From a virus: a stretch of DNA of 64,000 bases. How positions within the stretch are numbered: the stretch's first letter is position 1; each line of letters opens with the position of its first letter. The stretch is taken from the IMG/VR virus record IMGVR_UViG_3300025108_000022, positions 38,648 to 102,647 of that record, one strand, 5' to 3'. The notes under the pieces were generated by a model that was not told where the DNA came from, did no database searches, and worked only from the letters and a program-made list of their open reading frames with translations. This document shows, in pieces, positions 17,976 through 32,000 of the stretch. The position numbers and the translations under genes were made by a program.

Positions 17976-20900
17976 ATGCCCGAAGAGGACAATTACCCCA
18001 ACCCAAGTCTTGGACTGGGCGAAGAAGCCATTAACGGAATTGACAAAGAGCCAGTGAACCATTTCGCAGGGTGTTCGGGTGTCACTTCGTATAATCGTGT
18101 GAAAGGGCACTTTTTCCTTGCGAGTTTGCCTCAACCACAGGATGAAACCATAACAAGGACTGTTCAAGGACTCGCTGATCGATTTGAAACCACTCACGAA
18201 GACCCTTCGGTGGCGTCAATTGTGTCAATGAACGCCAATGTTCAAATCACTGAAACCGTATATCAAGGTGAAGTATTGAATGTCATTGACAAAAGCAATA
18301 TGGCTACATTGACTCAATCGTTAAGCCCGAACCATAAGCAATCCGCCATCGTGGTGCAAGGCGGCTACGGCTACAATAACAACCTTGCACATGCTTCATC
18401 AACAGCCGACTCCATTATCGCAATCGGCCTTGACGACATACGCCCCTTTGCGCTGAAAGGACTTGATGTTGAACACACTGCGTTATTTGACGCAACCAAC
18501 CCAACCAAACCAACCAACCAAGAATATGTCCGGCATTTGACCCCGGAAAAAGAATCAAGGGTCGCTTCAATAGAAATCCCTTTGGCGTTGCGACAACAGG
18601 GATTACCACCAAGAGTTTTGGTGCATTATAGTGCTATTGATCTGACCGGAGAAGTCGTTGCCGCATGGAAAGGAGATACGAGAGCAGGTATTACTATTCT
18701 TAATCAAACATACAATTACAAGAACGCTTTAGCAAACCTTGACAATACCCATAACGACCTCAAAGGCATTGACGGTATGGATAAAAAAGGGTGGCTTGTC
18801 GTTGAAAAAACAGTCCCCGACTCCAACATGGTTTATCCCGATACTTCGCTTCCTAATGCCGCACCCACATTCCGCACACTCGCCAATTGGCTGAAAGAGC
18901 CGTTCACAGCGGCTCAAAAAGCAAGCGGGGCGCAAACGGCATGGGATTCGCTGACAGTGACGGCACCGGGCGGTATTGTTTCGGTGCCAGCGGGAGGGGC
19001 AAATCGTTCACTGCAAGATCACTCAATGAGAGTGAATCCAACCGGAGGGGAAACACATTCACCTTTCATCAATCTTGAAAATTGCGCTCACACTTTGGTT
19101 CAAAACGGTGCCTTATCACCATCACCCGGCATTTCAAAAAGTATTGACAATGGCTACGGCATACCCGTTGCACAGCACGGAACACGGAGTCCTATGTCAA
19201 AGAGTGAAGGTGTGTATCACACCTTTTCAGTTTTGGCTGGCGGGGGAGCCGACAAAACCAATGCCACTTCAATTCAAGCACTTGGTATCACTTCATCGGC
19301 GGCGACATTTGAGCAGTATGAAATCATTGACAATAAAACCGAAAATGACAGGCAATTGCTTCTTGTCCAGCCGAAAAACAAGAGCAGGACAGGTGTGTTG
19401 GGTGATATTGGATTGACGAATGATATTGAAAAACATACTTGTAAAATTGAACTCGTTTCTATGCGTGGGCGTGTTGAAGAAATCGCCCCTAACAGCGACA
19501 GTGAAGGCGGCGGAGGCGTTGTTATTCGTGGTCGCTCACAAATGATGGATGTTTCAGATCGTGTCGCTGAAAGGGATTTTAGCCTTGCTGAAGGATTTGC
19601 TTTGAAGGAGATTGGCGACCTCGGCTCTCCTACGGTCAGCCTCACTATGGGCGGATTGGGGCAGGGTGGCATTGACATCGCCCCGACCCGAACTGAACAC
19701 TCTTTCTTGCCAGTATGGAAAGACAAGGTGATTGGCTCAAACAACCCGTCTGTGCGGAATGATCGACAAACCTCCACCTATTATGCTTCAACCCGTGCGC
19801 TGGTTGAATTGCCACTATTCCCATCAATGTTTTATGATGTTGAGCAACGGCTTGCTGATAGTGAAAGTAAGCGTAGTCCCCTGCCCTCAACCAAGTCCAC
19901 TGAATTGATAATTGACGCTACAATGACAGCCAAAAATCGTCCCCAAATGAAGGACTACGAGAACCGAAACGCCATTGATTGGGGCATGAAGAATGTCGTT
20001 TCGTCGTTAAAGGTCAATGATGCTGATTTGGTTTCGGGGAAAACATGGATCCGAGCCATGCGTGAGAGTTCAGCGACATTCACCCGCCCCGACGACAATG
20101 CCGATGACAAAGCGTGCATTTTGGGCGGGAGTGGAGGCAACAGCGCATTCTTATATTCGGGTTCATACATTTCAGTGGATAGTGTGTTGCCGTTCATATT
20201 GAATGAAGAAGGGGGATTCACTGGGACTTCAATAAACAACGCTTCGTCCACATACAACACTGCAACACAAGGGCAAGCCTTCTCCAATATGGGGTTTGTA
20301 GTCACCATTGGTGAGGGTATTATCAGTGAAAGGGGCATACGATTTCATATTCACAGGGCGCAATTGATAAACGGTGAACACCGTCTGTATTTTGACGCAT
20401 TTCACCACTTTGACGATGATGGGCTGACTTATACTGAACTCAAAAACATAATCACGACTGGCTTGCCAGTGACTATGGGTTGCTGGCTCACTGACGCCCC
20501 CAATGCCTACGCTGGGACGGGCACTGCTGGAAACAACGCCACTTTCGCCGTCCTCAATGCCACAGCAAGCACCGACAACGCTACAATGGCGCAGAACTTC
20601 ATTGAGCCGCTGGAAAAGACATTTGCACTTGGGCGAACCACCACAAACGGTGTGACCGTGCGTAGTGGAATACAAATTGACCCCAGCGATCCAACCGGCG
20701 CAACCATTCTTATTCACGACGGCCCGACGATGGAGGGCTTTACCTTTGATCCCGGAAATTATCTGTATGGTGCTGGGAGTATGCCTCTTGTCCCGCCAGT
20801 GGAATGTCGTTCCGGCCATTTGTCATTGAAAGGCAAGCGCAACGACAACACATTGGACTGGGTTCGTCCTATGCGCCTTAATTTGGGCGACATAGGGGGT

Positions 20901-23063
20901 GCTGGTTCAGTCAGCAAGTTTGAAGAGGCTGTTGACGAACTCATCCGAAGAATCAATCAAGCCGGACATCCCAAAGCCAAGAATAGCAACGGAGGGAGTG
21001 CCTTTAATCCACCTTCACTGTTCACCACAGACGCCGGAATATACACCGTCACTTCAACCGATACAGGTTCGCACATGGGCTATGTGAGAGCCTTTTTGGG
21101 ACAACAGGTTGAGAGCCGAACTGGCGAAAAGGGTCTTTCAGTGGTTATCCACTGCACTGTTCCCGGTGCCACAGGTCGTGATTTTGCAGTATGGATCAAC
21201 AACAATACCCCATATCCATATCGGCCTATCCAAGCCGTCGGTCATGGTGGGCTTGTAGCGTCCAATAGCCTTTCTTACCAAGCAAGTTCCTTTGCCGCAC
21301 CACTGCCTTTGGGTATGGATGGAGAAACGCATGTCCCAATAACCACATTTCAAGGAGGTGTTCATGGAGCCGTGACTGACGCTGACGGGAACCTCCGTCA
21401 ATATAGCGGAATAGGGCGAGAGTTTGCATTCAACACAGTCGCCCTGCCTCAATTTGAAGATGGCGACCTTATACCCGATTATGACCCCGAAGCCCAACCG
21501 ACTCTCATGGTTCAGCGTAAAGCACTGGACATAATATACAGAATCAACCGGAAAATAAGCCGACAGAACAAGGGATTGATTTTGGTTGACGACAAACACT
21601 TAGGTGAGTTTGATGCAGTGGTTTCCGGCCCCGACAACATTTCAAACAGCAAAGTTTCGGGGGTTGGATCTTGTATGGGGCTGTTCAATTGCCAACCACT
21701 GGATAAGACGCTCGGCAAAAAATGGAAAGAATTGTTTTATGACAGCAGTGGCAAATTGAAAGAGGTGCCAATCAAATTGCTGAACCCGTTGATTGACGCA
21801 AACGCCATTCTATTCTTCGGTGGAGGGCACACTGGCGTCACCTTTGATGTCAGCGACGGCACAGACAACGATTACAGCGACTTTTACACTCACCATTATG
21901 CAAAGGGGCCGACTGGGTATAGTGGTTTTCAAAACCTACAAGAAGTGCAAACATCGGCGGCTGTGCTTGATTTCACCAAATTGAAGAACGCTGATACGGT
22001 GAACGAGAACACATATCGTGGACTCCATCACAGCAAATCCATTGTTGAAACGGGTGTCGTGCCAGCGGAGGGATTATTGGATAAAGAAACAGATGGTTGC
22101 CTTTGGTATGTCCGAATGAACGAACCTGCGTTGTATGCTGATCATGGCGCAAGCGGCAAGGAATTGGCTCTTGACGCAATACACGGTGTGAAATTAAAGG
22201 CGTTTGGCGACTTTGCGAATCAAGCACTTTTGGCGGGGCCAGCAACAGGAGATCCCGAATCAAAGGGCATTGACTTTCACGGGCACAGTGATGCAGGACT
22301 CATTTCACTTCATAAAATTGAAACATTAACCAACCCCGGTGGCCTCCCCACAGTCGCCTCGCTTGTGCCGCTGAAAAGCAACATGTTCGGTGCTTTTGGC
22401 TCATACGATGCCGCAAACGACGGGGCATATTCATTCTCATTCTTTTTCAATTCCGGCGACGCTACGGGGGGTGCTTGGAGTGGTGTTCACTATGGCAACG
22501 GCCCTGTGGTTCACGGTATTGACAGCACGACACGGGGATTCGGTGTTTCAGTCAATTCAAAACAGGGGAACTCAAATAGCGTTATGGACTTCTCAATAAC
22601 GACATTCGTTCATACCGACATTGGGAACGGTAGCGTCACATATCAAATCACCAGCGATGTTCAAGCAAACCAACCAAAAGATGCTTGGTATCATGTAGTG
22701 GTGTCAAGGGCGTCGGGTGCCTCACAGCCACTAATTTACATTAACGGAATTGCAGTGAATGGGACAGGGGCGTCATTCATTAACCAAGTCGCTCTTTCAT
22801 CGGCACCACACCTTCCTTTGGGCGTCGGTGTGGGATCTGCTTTGGGTGGTGGATATTACGGAAAAGCAAACAATATGTTGACTATTGGTGCCGGTTTGTT
22901 GCCGTGGACACCACCTACAAATTATCACCACGGAAAGAACGACCCAGCCTCCGCAAATGCGCCTGTTTATTTCAACGGTGCCCTAAGTGAAATCGCTATG
23001 TGGAATAAGGCACTCACACCCACCGAAGTCGCAACACTCTATAATGCGAGAACCGTGTGGTGA
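17976..23063 (+). CDS. Large tail protein (about 1695 aa) with C-terminal LamG domain
   Basis: C-terminal WYHVVVS...IYINGI...YFNGALSEIAMWNKALTPTEVATLYN; internal MRGRVEEI...VVIRGRS hub-like segment. Confidence 0.7.
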   Translation: MPEEDNYPNPSLGLGEEAINGIDKEPVNHFAGCSGVTSYNRVKGHFFLASLPQPQDETITRTVQGLADRFETTHEDPSVASIVSMNANVQITETVYQGEVLNVIDKSNMATLTQSLSPNHKQSAIVVQGGYGYNNNLAHASSTADSIIAIGLDDIRPFALKGLDVEHTALFDATNPTKPTNQEYVRHLTPEKESRVASIEIPLALRQQGLPPRVLVHYSAIDLTGEVVAAWKGDTRAGITILNQTYNYKNALANLDNTHNDLKGIDGMDKKGWLVVEKTVPDSNMVYPDTSLPNAAPTFRTLANWLKEPFTAAQKASGAQTAWDSLTVTAPGGIVSVPAGGANRSLQDHSMRVNPTGGETHSPFINLENCAHTLVQNGALSPSPGISKSIDNGYGIPVAQHGTRSPMSKSEGVYHTFSVLAGGGADKTNATSIQALGITSSAATFEQYEIIDNKTENDRQLLLVQPKNKSRTGVLGDIGLTNDIEKHTCKIELVSMRGRVEEIAPNSDSEGGGGVVIRGRSQMMDVSDRVAERDFSLAEGFALKEIGDLGSPTVSLTMGGLGQGGIDIAPTRTEHSFLPVWKDKVIGSNNPSVRNDRQTSTYYASTRALVELPLFPSMFYDVEQRLADSESKRSPLPSTKSTELIIDATMTAKNRPQMKDYENRNAIDWGMKNVVSSLKVNDADLVSGKTWIRAMRESSATFTRPDDNADDKACILGGSGGNSAFLYSGSYISVDSVLPFILNEEGGFTGTSINNASSTYNTATQGQAFSNMGFVVTIGEGIISERGIRFHIHRAQLINGEHRLYFDAFHHFDDDGLTYTELKNIITTGLPVTMGCWLTDAPNAYAGTGTAGNNATFAVLNATASTDNATMAQNFIEPLEKTFALGRTTTNGVTVRSGIQIDPSDPTGATILIHDGPTMEGFTFDPGNYLYGAGSMPLVPPVECRSGHLSLKGKRNDNTLDWVRPMRLNLGDIGGAGSVSKFEEAVDELIRRINQAGHPKAKNSNGGSAFNPPSLFTTDAGIYTVTSTDTGSHMGYVRAFLGQQVESRTGEKGLSVVIHCTVPGATGRDFAVWINNNTPYPYRPIQAVGHGGLVASNSLSYQASSFAAPLPLGMDGETHVPITTFQGGVHGAVTDADGNLRQYSGIGREFAFNTVALPQFEDGDLIPDYDPEAQPTLMVQRKALDIIYRINRKISRQNKGLILVDDKHLGEFDAVVSGPDNISNSKVSGVGSCMGLFNCQPLDKTLGKKWKELFYDSSGKLKEVPIKLLNPLIDANAILFFGGGHTGVTFDVSDGTDNDYSDFYTHHYAKGPTGYSGFQNLQEVQTSAAVLDFTKLKNADTVNENTYRGLHHSKSIVETGVVPAEGLLDKETDGCLWYVRMNEPALYADHGASGKELALDAIHGVKLKAFGDFANQALLAGPATGDPESKGIDFHGHSDAGLISLHKIETLTNPGGLPTVASLVPLKSNMFGAFGSYDAANDGAYSFSFFFNSGDATGGAWSGVHYGNGPVVHGIDSTTRGFGVSVNSKQGNSNSVMDFSITTFVHTDIGNGSVTYQITSDVQANQPKDAWYHVVVSRASGASQPLIYINGIAVNGTGASFINQVALSSAPHLPLGVGVGSALGGGYYGKANNMLTIGAGLLPWTPPTNYHHGKNDPASANAPVYFNGALSEIAMWNKALTPTEVATLYNARTVW

Positions 23064-23067
23064 TAAC

Positions 23068-26000
23068 ATGGCGGAGGTGCTGTCCTATGCGAAGCGGGAA
23101 TATCCCGCCGCCTTGACTCCTATTGGTTCCGACAATGGAACCCCTGCGAGTGGGTATTTCAGCCTTCACTTTACCTATCCCGATACGGCCTATGAAGACC
23201 CTACATCCATGACTTTCGCAAAGGATGGAGTCAACCAATTGGGAATCAATTACATGATCAGAACCCCGCTGGCTGGTGATGCAACCAACGCCGCATCAAT
23301 TGACAGTCCGGGTGAGGATGCACGCAACGGAACAAACACTGTTGTCATTGACCTCAAACGAGCCGCCGAAGCACACGCCGCATCAATCGCCGCAGGGGCA
23401 GTTATGCCCGCCAAAACCTTTGATTTGGGCACAGAAGAAGCGGCACGACTCATCGCCGCTACAATCAATTCAACACGCAACCGTCAAATCGGCGCACACT
23501 CTAATTCTCGTTATTTGCGGGCACGATATGTGAAAATGAGTGGGAGCAAGCAATACGGTGGTTGGTATTCAACAACACTTGGCCGTGGTCGGCTTTTGGG
23601 CTTTGAGAACGGACAGCGAATTGGGAGTGGAACGACATATTTGAAGCCAAACGGCAATTTTGCGACGAACCTGCATGAAATAAACACAAATGTTGGGGTC
23701 GGTGGCTATCTCTTGCCCAATGAACACCTATACACCACCGACAACCGATATATTGGACAGATCCTTGAAATCAGTGGCACTCGCATTCGGTTCTATGAAC
23801 CAATCAAGGTGAACTTGACGGCTACCGATAGATTGAGAGGCGGCTGGCTACGCCTGTTGCAGTTTGGAACCACGACTAAGAGAAACACAGTAGCCGAGCA
23901 GTTTAACCATAACATCATGCCGACCGACATGCCAAAGCGTGGCACTATTGTCGGCAATCCAAACACGACACTCCAAGACAGTGCCAGTGCCCCTGTCAGC
24001 AATTACACCTTAACCTATGACGGCTGGGAAATTGTCAATGATAACGAAGTTCAATTCAACATCACCAAAGTGGAGTCAACGAGTGCGGTAAAGGACATCA
24101 CCGACTCCATTGTCACAGACCCCACCCAACCTACATGGTTCGTGAACAACGACACAGAAGAACAACACACGGTTGTTGTTTCGTGGGAAATAGATGCCCC
24201 GACTGGTGGCGGCTATTGGGGCACGGCCAACGGTGGCCCTGTCGTTCAAGGACTCGGTGCCTCCCTCCCTGTTTGGTATTTGACGGCCAAACCAATGGAC
24301 GGCGGGAACATGGGCTTGCCAGCCGCAAACGCTGATTCACGGGGTGCCAGCCCTTCAACACATACGACAGGACATGGGTATAGCCGGTTCTCCATTGAAG
24401 GACTTAATTCATGCTCACTGCCCGACATGCCGCCACCCGACAAGCCGTTTAACGGCCCAGTGGTCGCAGGTTCAACCGAAGCCGATCCGTTTCAGTGGAC
24501 TGGACTAAACGACGCTTTGAATGCACACCAAGAGGACAACCTGTTAATCACTAAAAACGAGTTCGGAACTCAAATGGACGACGGAGGGCCGTTTCAAACC
24601 AATTGTATGGTTTCAACAAACGCTACACTCACCGGAGGAACCACGGTTAAAGCCCTCACACCAGCGACTAAGATTTCAGCCCATTTCAACGACGGTGATG
24701 TCATTTATGCCCCCGACGGGACTCCTTTAGGAACAATTGCCGAAGGGGGCGTCGCCGAAACCACCAGCACAGAACTGACTGTCATTGGCCCTAAAAATGT
24801 TGACAGTGGGGTGCGTGTTGATCATGGTTTTGGGCACACATTGAACGGCGATCCACCGCTTGGTGGAAACCGTTGCTACAACGCCTTCTTTTACTATGCG
24901 TGGGCACATGCAATCAATTCGTTAAGCACTTTGCGAACAGGGGGAGCCGCACCGAACTCCTATTATGAACCCGGAGATGAAATCACCGACAAATCCGACA
25001 ATTTGATTGGCACAGTCCCTATTTGTCGGACTGTCAAGCGTCAAGCACCGGGGGCGGGCGGAATTGTTGGTTCTCTTGTGCATATTGCCGACGGAAACGA
25101 TTTGTTTTCGGACGCAAACAGGGACATAAAATCCTTCACCGTTGACACCAACGACCCGAACTTGATTTATCATGTTGGTGAAAAATTGTATGCCGAGGAT
25201 ATTTATTACAAAACCACGGTGACGACGCAACCCACACCAGCGGGCGAACTGTTGCTTGCTATTGCCGGAGGTGATCCGACATCAGCCGGATATGACGGAA
25301 CACGAATTAAACCACACGATAGGATTTACCTAAAAACCGTCGGGAATAGCATGGACTTGATTGGAACTGTAAAGGCTGTTGATGCAGGAATGATTACACT
25401 AAAGGAGGCGTCAGTGACTCCTTGTGGCGTAAATGAAGAACTCTATGTTCACTCTTACATTGGGACTATCAAAAGTATGCAGGAAACACAGCATAAAACA
25501 AGCGTGCATGGGTTCCTTAGCGGCACGGTCGCCATCAATTCAACGACAACATTGAACTTCTCAACCAATGACACCACTGTATTCACACGACGGGTATTGC
25601 CCGGTTCAAAATTGGAAAACGGTGTTGGGAGCCTTATCGGAACGGTCAGTTCTGTGGGGGACAGGGAAATTACACTTGAAGCCAATAACGCCATCCCTCT
25701 TACCGCTAACAGCATTCTCCATGTTCGGGGGAACAGCGAATGGGCAATTGAATTGGAAGATAAATTGCACTTTGACAACGGGGCAGGACATGAGTTCTTT
25801 AACGATGTAGCGAACACCACCGCAACAGGTCAATTTAGGCTAATTGACAATTTGAAATTGAGAGCCGAGTCTGTCAGTGCCCAAAGCATCACAGTTTCGG
25901 ACGCTGGGGATTCGTCCCTTTCGGGCACTATCCTACGAGCCATCACGAATGATGAACGCCTATTCAGCCCTGCGGTGAATTATGAGGCTGGTGTCAATAA

Positions 26001-29000
26001 TCAAGGTGCCCTTAACACCCCAGCACAGGGCTGGGCATACACAACATCACACCATAATGACGGCAACAATACCGGCTCTCGCCACCTCGTTGTCAAATCA
26101 ACCGCTGGTGTGAAGAGTATTGACAACGAAGCCTACGGTGGAGCGTTGATGATGAACTATGCCGACCAAAATAGTGGGAACTCCGCAACATTGATTGGTT
26201 CGGATGGAAAAGAATACGGCACGATTGCGGGAGTATTGGATGAACGGGTTGTCACCGTTGGAGCGACAACCTACACCTACTCACGGATCTTATTGGCTAC
26301 ATGTGTTGCGGATATTCCCGAAGGAACCATTCTTCATCGGGCGGCACCAACCCTCACTCTCACCTCTCCAATTAGCGGAAACAACCTTTATCACGGCCAA
26401 ATGCTGTTCAAAGGAAAGGACATTAACAAGTGGCAAGTCGCTCTTGAAAACGGGCATAAAATCAACAGCCGTTTCCCTAAATGGAATAACGCATACGGTG
26501 ATCAGCACGAAGAAATTACAAGCCTCACCAATTCCGATGTTGTATTGAATAAGGCCATCGTCAAAAACGGACTAAAGAGTGAAGTCAGCACTATTACTGC
26601 CTCCACTGTCGCTCATACAGGCTCACAGGGGTATGTGCATAGACCATTCCGAACGGTGCGGGCTGTCAACACCGAACGGGTCAAAGGATTGCACATTCCC
26701 AATGAAGCGATGGTTTGGGAGAACATAGAACTGGTGGACGACACTGGTGCTGAATTGACTCTTGAAGGCGGCTCTCCGTTTGGGACTGTGATAAAAGACT
26801 ACAATTACAAACAAAACCGCATCGATCCTAAAACAAACACTGCCTCTTCGTTGCCTTCAACACCCGGCAGTGGTCTTGAACCGAACTTGGAAATCCAATT
26901 GCCATCACAAGATGAAATACCGGGCAACATCATTGTCCGTAGTGGGCACGACCGTGTGCAAGCATGGCGACACCTTTCATGGGGCATGGGTGGCCTAAGC
27001 ATCCCTCGTCCCGATGAACCGGGTGTTATTGAGGCAAACCAAAGTCCATTCACTTCTGTGGCGAATCCAAACCTACAACACACCACAGCCGGAGAAGCCA
27101 CGCAGTTTGACACAAACGACAGGGTTCTCCACTTTCACCCAGTGCGTATTTTGCACGACACCCTCACCTCTCAATTCGGCCTCTCATTGAACAACACACC
27201 CGGCGCAGTGCCCAGTGGTTCAACACGAATGTTTGCGGCACACCGCCTTTCCGATCACACCGAGCGTGGTTCAGTATTGCCCGAAACCCAAAACGGGGCA
27301 GTTCAAGCCAGCAACATACACGCTCACCACCGCATTCGCTTTGGTCGTCAAGGACACCACTTTGTTTCACCTATCACCATACGAGGAACGCCGATGTCCC
27401 TTCGTCGTCAATTGCACAGATCTCATGGTTCAGCGTATTCGTTGATGTTTGAAGCGGAAACGGAAAACAAGCACTTTGGTTTTCAATCGGGACATAATGA
27501 CAGCGACGCAAACACATTCTATTTGGACACGATGGAGGTTAAATCGGGTAATGAAAACACTGGGTCGTTCAACGCAGATGGCCTACCACACGCCGAAATT
27601 GAGAACAACGGCTTGCCAAATCACCACCGATACTTCAACACCGCCCCAAATGACGGCTATGATGTTCTTTTAGCACCCGGTCAAGAGCATACAATGACCG
27701 AAGGCGGAATGGAGCAAGCCCACTTTGTAGCCTCAAATCACGGAAAGGAAGTAAGCAATTTTGGTGGTTATGGGAATGCAGGGCATAGTGCCACAGTGGC
27801 TTTAGAATTAGCAAGTTCAAGGGTTGTCAATAACCGCTTTACGGCTGGCGAAGAGTTCACCCTCAACGGGTTCTTTGTCAACCAATACTTGCTCATGGGC
27901 GGTCGCCCAAGACCAGCACTACGCTCACTCCCACACGAAAGAAGCCAAGTCGATCCATACGGCTACACCTACAACGGACACCCAGCAGGGTGGCATCAGC
28001 CCCGTGTCGGGACGGAACTGGCTACAACCCCCCCTCTTATCGCCCACGACCCCGAAATGGTGAATGCTTCGGCCACTCCTGTTCCTATCGTTGAAAGTCC
28101 ATCCAACGACCAATCACACTTTACGCAAGTTTCGGAACACAACGACCTTGCGCTGGTTTCAGCCAGCAACACGAACTCCGGTGCTACGCCCGACGCATTC
28201 CTTTGCACATGGCTGGCCGAATACAGCCACCCTGCACTGTTCGGCACAAGCCGTGAGCAATACATGACATTCCGATACCGGACAGCCGGTATGCCGAAAG
28301 CCGTCAACAACCCAGCGGTTCGTGGTTTGATGTTGAGAAACGCACATTCAATCGGTTCTCAAACGACAGGGACACCAAAGGTCGCTATGCCGTTTGAACG
28401 CCTTTATGCTTTTCAATGGCTACAAAATTATGGCTACAATGGACTGAACGCAGGAGGTCATGGGACTAATTGGGGGACAAGAGCCGCCAGTGCTGTCCTC
28501 ATGGGGCACTCCACTATCCGAGAGCCGCACGGAACTCTTGAACTGCGACCAAATTATGTGTATCATGCGTATGGAAGGCGGAAAAGTCGTGGTGAAGGTA
28601 TTGGGGATGGACTCAACCCATACAAGGTCGTTTCAAGAACCATACTGGATCAAGGAGGAACCAATTCGCAAGTTTGGAACGAAGTCACCACCGTTGAGAA
28701 CGCTATGGTTGCTGTGGATTGGAGCCGCCGATTGCCTGTGCGAGCATGGGGGTTCCGAACAGGCAGTGATGCACTGAATATGCTTGCTGGCGACCCTGCT
28801 GAAACACTCACCACTCAACAAAAAATACAAGCCTCCGGTCGTTTTGATGGAGGAAAACATGACACCATGAATACACTGCCTGTGGGCAACGACTGGCAAA
28901 CACTGTCGGCCTATACGGGCGTTGAGCGAACAGTGCCGATTGGTGTTGTTATGAGCGAACATACGAACGAAGGGTATGACCTTGAAGGCTTCACACGCCT

Positions 29001-32000
29001 CTCCAACAAAGCGTGGGAGAAGGGTGAGAATCCGGCAGGTATGGGTCGTGTATTGGGTATGGAGGATGTTGGGCTTGTTAAGCCAAATGCTCTCCCAGCG
29101 GGTCTTGTTCACTCTCACCGAACCGATTTCACCACTGTGACGGGAACTTCGGCTAAGTTCCTTCATGCTAAATCACTGAACACTGGTTCAGATCCTATCA
29201 TTGGCTTGAATCATCATAGTGGGGATGCCACTTTGGCCGCAGGTTCGGTTGAGGCTGTCAGTCAATCCAGTGCGTTTGGGGGTGGAAGCACCTTTATTCA
29301 CCATAAAGGGAACAACCTACACCTTAACGCTCATCCTGTTGATCATAAGGTCAGCAGTGGGGATTTGACGCATTATCCATCACATGGCTGGGGCCGTTCT
29401 TTGAATATGAAGAATAAAAACGAAGCGGAAAGAGGAACTATGCCTATCCCGCTATCGGAAATCGCAGACCACCGACAAGTGCAATCCGACCTGTCCCCTC
29501 GTTTGGGTATGGTTGTTGAAACCGAAAGTGAGCGAACCACAGGAAAGAACGAGGAATACATCGTCACCAGCACCAAAGCCGTGTCTTTGCACAGCGACTT
29601 GGCTATCGGCCAACAGTTCCCATTAACCCCATCATGGGTTCAGCAAACAAAGTGGACAAAGTATGCTCAAGGGGGCGAAACAGCCGCCACTGGGCCGGAT
29701 AATACATACGGTTCGCCGTTAGCACCAAACCAAATAGACCAAATGCCGCAGTGGAGTTTAGGCAGGGAAACGCTCTTTGACGCTCCTGCTAATTCCGACA
29801 GCGTGCGTATGTTTGACAGCAAAGGTGTTCAAGACCACTGGGCTGTTCGTGGTTGTGGCGATTTGCCAGCATGGGGCGGTGTGTATATTCTCCGTAAAAC
29901 ATGGCTTGAGCGACCCGAAAACGACAACAACCGTCGGAGTGTCATGCCTTATGATGCTGACGACCCCCTACATTCCCAAAACCCTGCGCCCGTGAATACT
30001 GTGGATCAACCTGTTCGTAAAACAGCCGACTACATCATGCGTATGGTTCGCCCTCTCAAAACATTCGGCTTTTCAACACGAAGGGACTGGGACAACGAAG
30101 ATCATTTCACTCAAGACGGGTGGCTCTTAGGGGCGTATAACACCCTCACAGTCAGTGATAAAGCGCACCAGCCGTTCACCCGTGACAAACGATACGGTAT
30201 GTTTGAGTTAAACCAAAGCAAAATGCCCGGAACACTTGAGCCTATCACATCCCGTGTTGATACTGCACCTACAATGGCTTGGCCCGACGCTAACGACAGG
30301 GATGTCACTTGGCACTTGATACCGAGCGCAAATATGCTTCAACATTTCAAGTCCGATGCCGCAAGAAGGGACGGAGAAGGAACATTGGTTCCTTCAATTG
30401 ACCCCCGATACTCACAGACGACGCATCCGGGTGGAAAGCATGTAGTATCGCAGACTGAAACCCAATTCACCACTCAATCCAATTTGGCTATGATGGATCC
30501 GTATAACCGAAGAGGTGCTGATGAAAAGGTTGTCAAGGAACAAGCGGATTTGGCTATGACAACACTCGGCCCCAAACAAAAAATATCAATTGATGGGGGT
30601 TCTTACATGTATGTCAAGGACGCAACAGTGTTCCCTGCTACTGGAACGCTTGTTATCATCGGCCTCACGGGACAATTGACATACACTGCAAGGGATGAGC
30701 AAAGACTGACGATTTCAACCGATCCCTCGCTATCAACAGGCGAGTGTCACAGCACACCCGACCTTGCTGGGTATGAGGTTTATTTCGGCAAAAACGGTGC
30801 TTCAACAGCGGCCACAGTCGCCAACATCCACCCATCAAAACACTCGCTTGTAGTCGCCCCATCGTTCGTGGACAACGCTGTGTCAATGGGTCTTTCACTG
30901 CCGGATAAATGGGACGCTACTGACAGCACAGATACCCAAACATTCAGCCCCAACATCGCTTATCGGGGAATCGGGCATTATGAGCCATCGGATTTCAACA
31001 TGCTAACACCCCAGCGTTTCGTGCTAAACGACGGGGCAAAAGAAGGAGTCATTTCGTATGCTAAAAGACCGGGAACTGGTGGTTTAAGCACAGTTTATGT
31101 TGACGGAAAGGCACTTGCCGTTGATTATTGCCCTCCATATTTGATTGATGCGGTGAAGAAAAAGTGGCGTATCGCAGGAGCCGATGTGGTTTCCGGTGAA
31201 GGGCTTTGGCAAAAGAACATACTCAAGTTCCGCAATATCAATGGTGACTCGTTGTCCGGCGGAGGCATGTCGTTGGGGTTCGTTCGCTTAGGGCATAGCA
31301 TGGGTGTCGGAGTCCGAACCACAGATGCCGCTTTGATGCTTCTAAACGACATCGGAAAATCGCTTCCGGGTGCAGATCTCATTTCCTATGAAAGCACCAT
31401 TGAACCAACGAGGAAAGACACTGGCTTGTATGACTACGGCGACACAGTGGCTACTTTGGGTTATATCACACGGTTCAAGAATGAAATGGCTCTTTCAGCG
31501 GCACTGAACGCCCATCCTTCTTTGCTATCCGGTGTTGATCACAGCAGTGTATTCGTCAGCAGGGATGCAAGAGGAATAGGTGTCCTTGACACAATCCGTT
31601 CTTTGTCGCAAATGGACGGGCGACAATTGTTGCTGGATGAAACAGGGCGGATTCTTTACACTGGGAGTGTATTCGTTGGTCGTGATAAGAAGGTGGGTTC
31701 ATCCAGTGGCCCTCAAACGATTGAGGTTTCTTCAATGCTTGAAATGGCTAACCATGTTATCGTTGAAGGTGATAAAATCGCCGAAAACGAACGAGTTCGT
31801 GGTGAAGTCAAGGACTTAGAAAAGGCCAAGAAAATGGGTGGCGAAGGCAACGAAGAAGGATTATTACGCACGGCTACTCAAATTGTTCCGGGGCTGAAAG
31901 AACCAAGCCTTGCTTTGCGTATGGCAAAACAATTTATGAATCGCACAGAATCGGGTGCCTCTATGTTGCGAATCGGTGGCCTTGTCAAAGCAAGCCATAT

